Shown piece by piece: positions 9,295 to 18,985 of a stretch of 64,000 bases of DNA (position 1 is its first letter; every line of letters begins with the position of its first letter). A model generated the notes under the pieces. It was not told the DNA's origin. It did not search any database and was given only the letters and a program-made list of their open reading frames with translations. The stretch comes from Cyanobacteria bacterium P01_D01_bin.156. GTDB lineage: Bacteria > Cyanobacteriota > Cyanobacteriia > Phormidesmidales > Phormidesmidaceae. The position numbers and the translations under genes are program-made. The stretch is taken from the NCBI GenBank assembly GCA_039024555.1, contig JBCCQQ010000002.1:1-64000 (forward strand), read 5' to 3'.

Positions 9295-9654
9295 ATGCCC
9301 GCTACCTTCTTTCCCACTCCAAAGCCTCTTCAGGCCGTTTCAACTGTTTTCGATCTTAAGGATCGTCTTGACTGGGGTGAGCCTGCTCTCACTATCATTG
9401 ATGTAAGAGAGAGAAGGGCATTTAATGAGAGTCGTATTCTCGGTGCCATCTCTATGCCTATGGCTGAGCTTGTTGCCCGTGTATCCATGAGCCTTGAGTG
9501 CGATCGCGATATTTATGTTTACGGTGGAACCGATGAGGTCACTGCAAAGGCCGCTACTACTCTGCGCGATGCTGGCTACGAAAACGTAGCTGAACTGATG
9601 GGTGGCCTAGGTGCTTGGCAGGCAGCGTCTGGTGCCACTGAAGGTACCCTATAA
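9295..9654 (+). CDS. Rhodanese-like domain protein, paralogue of 2158-2532
   Basis: Shares RLDWGEPALTIIDVR, RDIYVYG and GGL..W. Confidence 0.9.
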   Translation: MPATFFPTPKPLQAVSTVFDLKDRLDWGEPALTIIDVRERRAFNESRILGAISMPMAELVARVSMSLECDRDIYVYGGTDEVTAKAATTLRDAGYENVAELMGGLGAWQAASGATEGTL

Positions 9655-9761
9655 GTTGCGTAATAGTTGCAAAGTTCCTAGACAACAGAGTTTTAACTTT
9701 CAAAACGTCAATTTTCTTTTTGCCCAGCTGATTTAATCGCTGGGCATTTTCACCAATAATC

Positions 9762-10133
9762 ATGCTTAAAAGATTCACAGCCCCATTAATCGTTCTTCTG
9801 GTAGTAGTTGCAGGTCTCACCTTTGTAGGTGTCAACTATGAATTGTTAGCAAAACCTAGCGAGGCTGACCAAGGTTACTTTCTCAAGTCTGTTCCTGACG
9901 TAAAGATGGTGCTTGTGGAACCCAATTATGGGGAGTTCTACCATCCTAATCCCAATGTGCAAGGGGATTCATCAGGGGAGACTTTATACGATTCTTTGGA
10001 TGAGTTAGCCCGTAATTACGACATTAAGGCAACAAGAATGGTTCGCTTTGAACGCAAGGGTAAAATGATTCCAAATTTATACGTATTTATTGATACGCCA
10101 CAGGATGGAAGCTTAATTGCTGATGCTGGCTAG
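9762..10133 (+). CDS. Hypothetical membrane-anchored or exported protein
   Basis: N-terminal basic plus hydrophobic segment; 123 aa. Confidence 0.65.
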   Translation: MLKRFTAPLIVLLVVVAGLTFVGVNYELLAKPSEADQGYFLKSVPDVKMVLVEPNYGEFYHPNPNVQGDSSGETLYDSLDELARNYDIKATRMVRFERKGKMIPNLYVFIDTPQDGSLIADAG

Positions 10134-10152
10134 TGGGCTTGCTTAGATAGGG

Positions 10153-13100
10153 CTATGTGCTGGTTTTGAGCGTAGGGGAGTGGTTGACTCTGCCTACGCT
10201 TTTTGTTTGCTTGCGGTAAATGAGGTAATAAACGGTAGGTACGAAATAGAGGGCCATGATGGACGAGCCAGTGATACCACCCGCGATCGCAATAGCCAAC
10301 GGACGCCAAAATAAGCCACCGCTGATGAGTAGTGGTACAAATCCAGCGATAGTCGTAATCGTCGTTGTAATGACATGGCGTGTGGCTTTGATAACCACAT
10401 TAACGATGGCTCGCCTATCCCCTAGCTTTGCTTGACTGTCCTCATTTAACGCCGACAACACAATCACTGTGTCATTAATGGCAATGCCCACTAGGCCCAT
10501 ACTGCCCACAATGGCCATAAAGCCCATGACTGTTCCAAACATCTTGAGAGAGAACAACGCAGTGCCCACAGAGCCAATGCCTACACCAGCGACAATAGCT
10601 GCCTGACGGAAAGAGCCTAGAGATAGAACTAAGGAGGTGATCATCACCAGTGCCAAAATAGGGACATAGAGCAACAAGTTTCCTTGAGCCTGGCTTTGTT
10701 CAGCTTGTTCGCCACCGTATTCAAGCCAATAACCAGGTGGTACGGTAAAGTCAGCATCTGCCAGCTTTTGTTCAAATGCCTGTTGCACCACTGACGGCAG
10801 GACACCCGCAGAAATAAAACCTTGAACGATATTGACTCGCTGTTCGTTGCGTCTGGCAATTTTGGCAAGTTCAGGTACCAGCGCAAAGTTACCTAAGGTA
10901 TCCGTGGAGATGCTGTTACTAGCTCCCTGCAGATCCAGAGATGCAATTTGAGCCAAGTTGGCCCGGTCTGGATTGCCGACGCGTACCCGCACAGGTAGAT
11001 TTTCCGTCGCTTCCAGAATAGATCCACCGACACTGCCTTCTAAATAAGCTTCTAACTGTTGGGCAATGGCTGTGTTATCTAGACCCGCTTGTTGTGCTTG
11101 TTCTTCATCGATATTTAAACCTAGTTTGGGCAAGGCTTCTGTCAAGTCATCACGCACGTAAACCACATCGGGAATGCTGGTGAGAAGTTGACGCGCCTCC
11201 ACACCCAAACGCCTGAGTTCTTCAATATTGGGGCCATAGATACGCAATTCGATGGGGGCATCAAATGGAGGGCCTTGTTCTAGCAGTTTGACTAAAATGC
11301 GAGCAGCTGGGAAGGACTGATCTAACTGGACTTGCAGCTCTTGCACAATGGTTGCCAAATTATTATTGGTATTGAGCTGCACCATGGCCTGGGCATATTG
11401 GGCCTGGTTACGGCGATTGCCCGTAAAGTTGTAATAGAACTTGGGGGCACTCTCACCAATAAACCAGTGCACCTCCTGTACATTGGGATGTTCCAAAATC
11501 ACCTGGCGAGCCTGAAGCATTTGCTCACGGGTTTGACCAATGGCACTTTGGGGTGCAAATTCTACTTCCACCTGAAGCTGATCCCGATCGCCCGATGGGA
11601 AGAATTGCTGATCTAGGGTGGGAGCAACAATAAAGCCTATTAACGGAATGGTTAGGGAGAGTGCGATCGCAAACAAGGGATGTCGCATACTCCACTGTAA
11701 TGATCTGCGGTAGGGGTTAGATAACAGCTGAGAGGAGAACCCATCTGCCCACCAGCTACCAGGCCGAAGTAAAAACCTTCGTATAGCTCTAATCGGTCCT
11801 AGCCGAGGAGAATTCTCTAAACTCTGTTTATGAGTTTGACTCTGTCCTAAAACCCGCCCAGCCAGAGCAGAAATCACCGTCAGCGACAACGCCAACGACG
11901 AAATAAGTGCCACAATTACCCCCAGAGCGATGGTGCCTACAAACTCGCCCGCCGCTCCCGGTAGCAGATAGATAGGCAAAAAGGTCATCACTGTGGTTAC
12001 GGTTGAGGCAAACAGCGGTACCTTCAGATAGTCAACCGTTTTGGCTACAGCATCAATGGGGCGATGTCCATGCTGTAACTCCACTTGGATTTCATCTACG
12101 GCAATGATGGCATTATCAATCAGCAATCCTAAGGCAATAATCAGCCCAGTCACTGACATCTGGTGGATGGGCACCCCAAATACCGTCATCCAGCCAAAGA
12201 CGGCTAAGGAGGTGATGGGTAGCGCTGTTCCAACGACCAGAGCGGAACGCCAGCCCATGGTAAATAACGTTACACCTACCACTAATAAGGCACCCAGGAC
12301 CAGATTCTCTAAAAGTTTGCTAATTCTGTCTTCTACATAGTTACTTTGGTCAAATACGATGTCTAAACTAATCCCCTGGGGGAGCTGGTCTGAAAAGTCT
12401 TTTAACTGCTGGCGAATATCCTCTGCCCAGAGGTCAATCCGCTTTGCTGACTGCATCATGACGCCAGCTACAATGGCGGGCTTACCACTCACTAGGGATA
12501 GTTCTGTCAGGGGCTGCTGCACACCACGATAGATTTGAGCGATGTCACTCAGGCGAGTGAACTGCCCTGCCTCAGTTTGAATGGCAATCTGACGGATTTG
12601 ATCTAAGGTTTCTAGCTCCCCGCCCACCTCAATGGCAAGACTCTGTTCTGGACTTCGTAATTGCCCAGCGGAGACCTTAGCATCGCTGGATTGAATACGG
12701 TTGGCCAAGGTTTGGGATGAGAGCCCTATGGCCGTCAGACTAGGAGCATCCACTTCCACTACAATTTCTTCGGCAGGATCCCCAAAGAGTTCCACCTCTT
12801 CTGTGCCTGCTGTTCCTCGTAATCGTAGAGCTAACTCCTCTCCATAACGGCGAAGAATGGCATAGTTCGGCTCTGTTGGCAGTTGCCACGTGAGCGACGC
12901 AATGATGGTGTACGCTTTGACAAAAGCTTCATCCAGCTCCGGTTCGCTTGTACCTATAGGTAAATTGGCAGTAGCATCACCGATCTCATCACGGACCTTA
13001 GACCACACAGGCTGTGCATCAACAATCGCATCGCTCAGTTCAACAGTCACAGAGGAAAACCCTACACGAGAGTCAGAGGAGAGAACATCAATTTCTTCTA

Positions 13101-13314
13101 GCTCAGAGAGTTCAGCTTCAATCACTTCGGTCACCAATGCCTCTACTCGTTCAGCGCTGGCCCCTGGATATGCAGTTTGGACAACGGCAACACGGGAGAC
13201 GAGCTCTGGATCTTCCTGCCGAGGAAGCGATTGGAACGAGACCAATCCCCACACCATAATCATGACGATGGTTAGGGTAAGCAAGCGCAGGTTACGATAA
13301 AACGGTCTGACCAT
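10153..13314 (-). CDS. RND efflux permease (AcrB/AcrD/AcrF family)
   Basis: 1053 aa; LPRQEDP, YPGASAERVE, GLLIDNAII. Confidence 0.95.
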   Translation of the reverse strand: MVRPFYRNLRLLTLTIVMIMVWGLVSFQSLPRQEDPELVSRVAVVQTAYPGASAERVEALVTEVIEAELSELEEIDVLSSDSRVGFSSVTVELSDAIVDAQPVWSKVRDEIGDATANLPIGTSEPELDEAFVKAYTIIASLTWQLPTEPNYAILRRYGEELALRLRGTAGTEEVELFGDPAEEIVVEVDAPSLTAIGLSSQTLANRIQSSDAKVSAGQLRSPEQSLAIEVGGELETLDQIRQIAIQTEAGQFTRLSDIAQIYRGVQQPLTELSLVSGKPAIVAGVMMQSAKRIDLWAEDIRQQLKDFSDQLPQGISLDIVFDQSNYVEDRISKLLENLVLGALLVVGVTLFTMGWRSALVVGTALPITSLAVFGWMTVFGVPIHQMSVTGLIIALGLLIDNAIIAVDEIQVELQHGHRPIDAVAKTVDYLKVPLFASTVTTVMTFLPIYLLPGAAGEFVGTIALGVIVALISSLALSLTVISALAGRVLGQSQTHKQSLENSPRLGPIRAIRRFLLRPGSWWADGFSSQLLSNPYRRSLQWSMRHPLFAIALSLTIPLIGFIVAPTLDQQFFPSGDRDQLQVEVEFAPQSAIGQTREQMLQARQVILEHPNVQEVHWFIGESAPKFYYNFTGNRRNQAQYAQAMVQLNTNNNLATIVQELQVQLDQSFPAARILVKLLEQGPPFDAPIELRIYGPNIEELRRLGVEARQLLTSIPDVVYVRDDLTEALPKLGLNIDEEQAQQAGLDNTAIAQQLEAYLEGSVGGSILEATENLPVRVRVGNPDRANLAQIASLDLQGASNSISTDTLGNFALVPELAKIARRNEQRVNIVQGFISAGVLPSVVQQAFEQKLADADFTVPPGYWLEYGGEQAEQSQAQGNLLLYVPILALVMITSLVLSLGSFRQAAIVAGVGIGSVGTALFSLKMFGTVMGFMAIVGSMGLVGIAINDTVIVLSALNEDSQAKLGDRRAIVNVVIKATRHVITTTITTIAGFVPLLISGGLFWRPLAIAIAGGITGSSIMALYFVPTVYYLIYRKQTKSVGRVNHSPTLKTST

Positions 13315-13337
13315 GGGAGTGCGTTTGGGAGATTTTT

Positions 13338-14660
13338 TTAATTAATTGGACTGACCAGCTGACCGGGGACCAGTCGATGGGGACCACTGGCAACAACTAC
13401 ATCGTTAGGCTGAAGAGTGCCACGAACCAAAACGCGATCGCTATCCTGGTATAAAATCTCTACGGACTGGGGTTGTACTGTGTATCGTTCTCCGTCAAAG
13501 TTTTCATCACGGACAAGTACATAGCATGTCCACAGCCCGCGAATGCCCTGGGTAAGGGCTTCTGTAGGGAGCCATATACCTTCTGTCGGAATGGTTTGTT
13601 GCAAATTAACCCGCACCGTTTGGCCGGAACTAGCCTGGTCAGCTGCAGCGGATTCTAACGCCAAAACCACGGTCTGCGTACGAGTTTGAGCATCCACCTC
13701 GGGCAAGATTGAGGTCACGGTTGCTGAGTAGGGGCGTTCTCCCAAATACACGGTTTTATCACTGCCAACAGCTATCTGAGCGAGAGCACTGGTGGGCATC
13801 CCCACTCGGGCTTCGGGAGTAGCATTTTCTAAAAACCGGATAACGGCCTGTCCTGCCCCCACGACGGTACCTTCATCCACCTGTTTTGTTGATACCACAC
13901 CATCAAAGGGAGCCTGCAGCGTACTTTTTGAGATGGTGACATCTAAGTCCGCAATGCGGGCATCTAACTGTTGCACCAGAGCCTGTTGCGCCATTACCTG
14001 CTCTGGGCGAGTGCCGTTTTCCAGTTCCGCCAGCTGACTGCGGGCCTGGTCGAGTCTAGCTTGGAGAGTACCTGCTCCAAAAGAAAATTCGTCCAATTCC
14101 TCCCGAGAGATCGCTCCCTTAGCATATAAAGATTCTCGCCGGGAGCGTTGAACCTGCTGCAGCCGCAACTGTTCTTCCCAATCTCTAACAGCGGCGGCGG
14201 CGGCAGCAATGCTCTCAACACGTGCCCCTGCCTGGAGTTCCATCAGTTGTGCATTTGCCCGCTGCTTTTCTGCTACCAGCTGCTGCCGCTGGGTTTGCAA
14301 GTTGCGCACATCTAAACGGGCTAGGGGAGAGCCTGCGGCGACAACAGCTCCTTCATTTACGAGCATCTCGACCAGCTGGCCGCTGCGTTCAAACCCCAAA
14401 TCACTGGCACGCAATGCCGCAATTTCTCCCGTGTAGGTACGGGAAACGGTGTAGCTGTCAACGGTTGTTACCGTCAGGGTTTCAACAGGTAGAACCCTCT
14501 CCTCTTGCCCAGAGTTTGCCTGGGCTGCCCCAGCAATATGTTTTTGCATTCTGGGCAGACCAATTGCCATCAGGCCCAGAACACCCAGACAGATAAGGCC
14601 CAACCGCTGGCGAGCTGTTCCAAATTTAGTGAGCGCGAATGGGGGTGAATTAGAAATCAT
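13338..14660 (-). CDS. RND periplasmic adaptor (membrane fusion protein)
   Basis: N-terminal TM, LGFERSGQL..V.EG, coiled coil, LQAPFDG; ATG 14660 assumed. Confidence 0.93.
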   Translation of the reverse strand: MISNSPPFALTKFGTARQRLGLICLGVLGLMAIGLPRMQKHIAGAAQANSGQEERVLPVETLTVTTVDSYTVSRTYTGEIAALRASDLGFERSGQLVEMLVNEGAVVAAGSPLARLDVRNLQTQRQQLVAEKQRANAQLMELQAGARVESIAAAAAAVRDWEEQLRLQQVQRSRRESLYAKGAISREELDEFSFGAGTLQARLDQARSQLAELENGTRPEQVMAQQALVQQLDARIADLDVTISKSTLQAPFDGVVSTKQVDEGTVVGAGQAVIRFLENATPEARVGMPTSALAQIAVGSDKTVYLGERPYSATVTSILPEVDAQTRTQTVVLALESAAADQASSGQTVRVNLQQTIPTEGIWLPTEALTQGIRGLWTCYVLVRDENFDGERYTVQPQSVEILYQDSDRVLVRGTLQPNDVVVASGPHRLVPGQLVSPIN

Positions 14661-14675
14661 AATGCCAACAAGAAA

Positions 14676-14906
14676 CAAACGTATGTTTTAAAATGATCAG
14701 ATAACTAGCAAACATATTTGCAGGAATTAGGCATGGCTATGGTTCAAAGAGCAATACAAACACAGGCAGAATAATCTTTTAGTGACCGTAACCTGTGGCC
14801 TAAAAAATATATTCTGTCCAAGCCTGAACCACTTTAGTTACGGGGACCTCAGACAAAATGGATTTAATTCAAACGTATGTTTGATATATTAAAACGTATG
14901 TTTGAA
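14676..14906. promoter_or_regulatory. TetR (PsrA-type) operator repeats
   Basis: AAACGTATGTTT core at about 14677, 14871 and 14892; variant GCAAACATATTTGC at 14708. Confidence 0.75.
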
Positions 14907-15106
14907 TAATTGGCAAATCTAGAGGCTACAAGCTGAGCAAGCGTCACTTTCTGGCTGTCATCTATGATGGCTACAATACAACAAAGCCTGGCGTTGCTGG
15001 ATTTAGTCGGAGATGCTTTGATATGGCATGTTTGGCTAAGCGGCGCATAATCAACAACGGCCAAAATCTGATTTAACGTTCTATTTCTGGAGTATGCATT
15101 GCGTTA

Positions 15107-15730
15107 ATGGTGAGTGAGGGAAGCAGCGATACGAAGGAGCAGTTGCTAAATGCAGGGGAGCAGCTGATTGCTGAGCGGGGGTATGCAGCCACTACTGTAC
15201 GTGCGATCGCAGCTCGAGCCAATGCCAACCTAGCAGCGGTGAGCTACCACTTTGGGTCGAAGGAAGATTTATTTCGAGCGATATTTTCTCGTATTGCCAA
15301 GCCAATTGTAGTAGAGCAGCTCACTATCCTAAATAACCTTGCAAAAAAAGATTCTCTGCCTACAGTAGAGGAAATTTTGACAGCATTTCTCAGACCTTGT
15401 TTTCAAAAAATTGTTCAGGATGAGTCTTTTCGTACCGTGCGCGCCCAGTTTATGGGACGCTGTTGGAGTGAGCCAGAGCCATTACAAAGTATTGCTAGTG
15501 GTGAGTTTATGGAAAGTCGTCTAGCATTTCTAAATATTTTGCAACAAGTTATTCCTGATTGTTCGCGGAGAGAATTAAATTGGAAGCTAGATTTGGTAAT
15601 TGCGACATTGATTCGAGTACAAAATGAAGCTGGCAAACCTGATTCGTTGTTAAAGAGTAGCCAGCCTGATGATGTAGACTATGCGGTTCAATATTTGGTG
15701 CGTTTTTTAACGCCAGGAATGGTTATATAA
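15107..15730 (+). CDS. TetR family regulator, PsrA-like
   Basis: HTH TTVRAIAARANANLAAVSYHFGSKEDL; divergent from the RND operon. Confidence 0.92.
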   Translation: MVSEGSSDTKEQLLNAGEQLIAERGYAATTVRAIAARANANLAAVSYHFGSKEDLFRAIFSRIAKPIVVEQLTILNNLAKKDSLPTVEEILTAFLRPCFQKIVQDESFRTVRAQFMGRCWSEPEPLQSIASGEFMESRLAFLNILQQVIPDCSRRELNWKLDLVIATLIRVQNEAGKPDSLLKSSQPDDVDYAVQYLVRFLTPGMVI

Positions 15731-16032
15731 TCCTTGGGTATTGTTGAGCCTTGGGGTAATTCTAGATTGAGCATTTCATCATCAAAATCAGCAATGGCAA
15801 AAACAGTTGCTAACATCTAATATTTTACCGATTGGGCTTCTATATATCGAAAATTCATAATTTATTGGGAGCTAACCTAGCAAAAAGATGATGGGTATGT
15901 ATTTTATTTCCCATAGCACCTAAAACCTATGGTTTACAGCTCTATACGCGATAGGTCAGTAACGCTAGATTGCGCAAAGTATTGGTTATCCTGTGCTTTC
16001 AAGTTCAGGGTATTCAGCATCGATCGTTCGTT

Positions 16033-16074
16033 GCCGGTTAAGTTACCCCTTTAGCCGGTTAAGTTACCCCTTTA
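16033..16074. repeat. 21-bp exact tandem duplication
   Basis: GCCGGTTAAGTTACCCCTTTA x2. Confidence 0.9.
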
Positions 16075-16439
16075 TATAAGAAGACGAGTTGCCAATTGCC
16101 TGTAGCATGGCCTAGCGCTAGGCTAACTAGCCTGTTTTGATACTCAACAATTGATATCTATTTCCTTAGGGCAAGTTCAATGAGCCATACCTGTACGGGA
16201 ATATGGTCTAAGTGATCATACGGTTTTTGAAATGTTTCAATTTTTCTTATAATAAGTCATCTAAAAACATAGAGAGTGTTCGTCATCAAGTGTTCTTGTG
16301 ATAACAGTGTCTATAGTTGTGTTTTCCTGAAATTCTTTTGTATGGGAAATCTGTTTCCTATGCACCTAGACACCTGGGGTGTCTTGGACTTAGAGCCCAT
16401 CATCTACCGTATGTTAGCCGAAATAGTCTTACCTAGAAA

Positions 16440-17561
16440 ATGGGTGAATCTCTGCATCATCACGCTCATCGTTTTCAGCCTCTATTAACAACTCACTGTC
16501 AACCCTCCTGTTTGAAATATGTTCTTTTGATTGAAGATAATATCGGTGATGTTGTCTCAATTGAAGAGATGCTTTGCCCTGCAGACGAAAATGCTGAGTT
16601 TTGTATGGTACATGCTAATTCTTTAGCCATGGGATTAGCACACCTGAAGCGAAGTAGCTTTGACGCTGTGTTATTGGATTTAGAATTACCGGATAGTCAA
16701 GGGTTTGAAACACTATTACGGTTACAGCAGGCATTTCCTGATGTACCGATCGTCGTTTTGACAGATTTGGCTGACGATAGTTTTGTTGTTCGATTGATTC
16801 AGCAAGGAGCCCAAGGGTTTTTGCTAAAAAAGGATATGACATCAAGCTGGTTGAAAAGTACCCTAGCCCTATCTATGAATCGATTCAAGGATGTTACTCA
16901 GCAACAGCAACAACAACAACAGCTAGAACAGTCAAATCGATTTTTATATCGACAAATCGGTACCTGTATTGATGAAGTGTATCGCTTACGGAAAGAGTTA
17001 AAAAGTCTCGCTGTGTTGGCTGCAACTGATAGTTTGACTGGAATTGCAAATCGCTATGGTTTTGAACAATGTCTAGAACGAGAATGGAATCAGGCCTATT
17101 CAGATCAAAAACCCTTATCGCTGATCATGATAGACATTGATTACTTTAAGCAATTTAATGACAGCTATGGTCATGTTCAAGGTGACATTTGCTTAAAGAG
17201 AGTGGCTCAATTGCTTCAGCAGCACTTGCAACATTTTCGAGGTATGGTAGCACGCTATGGTGGGGAGGAGTTTGTTGCAATCTTGCCAAATACCCCGGTA
17301 CAGTCTGCAATACAGATGGCAGAAAAGTTAAGAATAGGCATTCAGGCCTTGGCAATTCATCATCCCAATTCACGCATTAGCCGTTGGGTAACGGCTAGTT
17401 TAGGTATTGCTTCCGTAGTGCCTACGGCCAGTCTTACAGCTGCCAATCTACTTCATGAAGCGGATCAAGCCCTCTATAGTTCGAAACAACAAGGACGCGA
17501 TCGCGTGGCTTGCTTTCAACCTGTCAAAGTTGCGCACGAAACTCTGTGTGTTGGGCAATAG
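16440..17561 (+). CDS. Response-regulator diguanylate cyclase (REC-GGDEF)
   Basis: LLIEDN, LLDLELPD, DSLTGIANR, DIDYFKQFND.YGH, RYGGEEF. Confidence 0.93.
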   Translation: MGESLHHHAHRFQPLLTTHCQPSCLKYVLLIEDNIGDVVSIEEMLCPADENAEFCMVHANSLAMGLAHLKRSSFDAVLLDLELPDSQGFETLLRLQQAFPDVPIVVLTDLADDSFVVRLIQQGAQGFLLKKDMTSSWLKSTLALSMNRFKDVTQQQQQQQQLEQSNRFLYRQIGTCIDEVYRLRKELKSLAVLAATDSLTGIANRYGFEQCLEREWNQAYSDQKPLSLIMIDIDYFKQFNDSYGHVQGDICLKRVAQLLQQHLQHFRGMVARYGGEEFVAILPNTPVQSAIQMAEKLRIGIQALAIHHPNSRISRWVTASLGIASVVPTASLTAANLLHEADQALYSSKQQGRDRVACFQPVKVAHETLCVGQ

Positions 17562-17628
17562 TTAGACATTTCTTGACTGCTGATCGGTCCGCAATCCGTT
17601 TGCCATAGTCCAGTTTCTCTGTGCTTGC

Positions 17629-17662
17629 CAAAAAAACTGGCTTCCAAAACATGGAAGCCAGT
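17629..17662 (-). terminator. Terminator downstream of tRNA-Arg
   Basis: ACTGGCTTCCA/TGGAAGCCAGT stem followed by a T-run on the minus strand. Confidence 0.8.
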
Positions 17663-17690
17663 CATTTAGTCAATGGTTTAGTGATTTCGA

Positions 17691-17967
17691 CGGGACTGGC
17701 GCGATTCGAACGCGCGACCTACCGCTTCAGATTTGTGTGAGTTTCCCCACTCTCTGGACTATACCTTCACCTTGGGCAGTGTGCCTGTAGGTGGTAGCCG
17801 TCTAGTCTCTACACCTTCCAAAGTCAACCTTTGGCTTGGCTCGGCATTGCCTTGGAGAAATTTCTCGTTAGGTTTCACCGACTTTGACTACATTCACACA
17901 TGGAGTTTCCCCGCACGGTGCCCGATATTCAGGAGGCGGTTGCTCTATCCAGCTGAGCTACAGCCCC
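17691..17967 (-). tRNA. trnR: tRNA-Arg(CCU) split by a group I intron; exons 17931-17967 and 17691-17727
   Basis: Joined exons GGGGCTGTAGCTCAGCTGGATAGAGCAACCGCCTCCT|AAGCGGTAGGTCGCGCGTTCGAATCGCGCCAGTCCCG form a full cloverleaf with anticodon loop CT-CCT-AA; CCA not encoded. Confidence 0.95.
17728..17930 (-). ncRNA. Group I intron (IC3-like), 203 nt, no ORF
   Basis: Follows U and ends in G; P1 CCU.GA/UC.GGG; P3 GUAGUC/GGCUAC; P4 UCGGU/GCCGA; P7 GAGACUA/UAGUCC; GAAA loops in P2 and P9. Confidence 0.93.
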
Positions 17968-18052
17968 AAGACTGTTCATCTAAATATTAAAACTCATATT
18001 GCATTTTCCAGAGCGGATGATTGATAAAATCCGTCATCCGGCGGAGAACATA

Positions 18053-18847
18053 TTAACCTTCTACCCAACGGGGTATATACTTCCAGCCATTTTTTAAGAT
18101 TTTCCGATGGGGCTCAAAATCAGGCATTTTTTCCTCCACAAGCTGCCAAAATGCCTTGGAATGATTCATATGCACCGTGTGACATAGCTCATGGACTAAA
18201 ACATAATGAACAACTTCCTGAGGCAAAAATAAGAGCTTGTAATTCAGGCTGATATTTTTGCTACTGGAACAGCTAGCCCACCGTGTTTTTTGTCCCCGCA
18301 CCGAAGGACGCTTGAACGGTAAATCTAGATCAAAACTTAGCTGCCGCAGCCAGGGTACCAGCTCTCGATGGGCTTTGTGCCCCAACCATTCACACAGGAC
18401 CTGATGGCAGCTAGCAAAGTGATCAACATTACCTCGTACTTTTAGACCATTACCGGGAACCGGAATGCACAGTGTAGGACCGGGATGGGCTTCATAGTCA
18501 ATCCTCCAAACTTCGTGGGGAGTTGTCTGAACTAAAGGAGCCTGCCATCGTAGTTCCAGCTTGTGCGGTTGATGAACTTGCCAGTCTTCCACAGTATCGT
18601 GGTGTTCCTGCAGGAGGCGTTCACGATTTTTGAGAATCCAGCTGCGACGCTTCTTAATCAGTGAGGGGATTTTATTGCAGTTATAGGTGGGGGGGACAAC
18701 GACCTCTACCGTGCCATCCACCGCAATCTTTATGGAAACATGCTTAGCCCGCTTACTTTTGCGGACAGTGTAGTCAAAATTAGTTGAGTTAGACGCAGGG
18801 GATGGGGGGAATAGCTCTAGCTGCACCATGATAAAGGGTGAGTCCAT
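18053..18847 (-). CDS. YgjP/DUF45-like (M48/SprT-like) metal-dependent hydrolase
   Basis: QKTRWASCS, YVLVHELCH, NHSKAFW. Confidence 0.9.
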   Translation of the reverse strand: MDSPFIMVQLELFPPSPASNSTNFDYTVRKSKRAKHVSIKIAVDGTVEVVVPPTYNCNKIPSLIKKRRSWILKNRERLLQEHHDTVEDWQVHQPHKLELRWQAPLVQTTPHEVWRIDYEAHPGPTLCIPVPGNGLKVRGNVDHFASCHQVLCEWLGHKAHRELVPWLRQLSFDLDLPFKRPSVRGQKTRWASCSSSKNISLNYKLLFLPQEVVHYVLVHELCHTVHMNHSKAFWQLVEEKMPDFEPHRKILKNGWKYIPRWVEG

Positions 18848-18985
18848 TTGCGCATTAGTAGTCTAACTGACAAAGCCTTTAGAACCCCAGCGCTTTTAAC
18901 CTTTCTCTAGGCAAATCGATACCGCACCCACCCTACGATAATATGTGAACAAAGAAAATTGCTTTTATAACCGGATTTTTTACCA

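Noticed and set aside
17733..17990. 85-aa ORF on the + strand
   Set aside because: Antisense to the tRNA and group I intron; no homing-endonuclease motifs
17561..18053. tRNA as an integration site for a mobile element
   Set aside because: No integrase and no duplicated tRNA 3' end seen in the window
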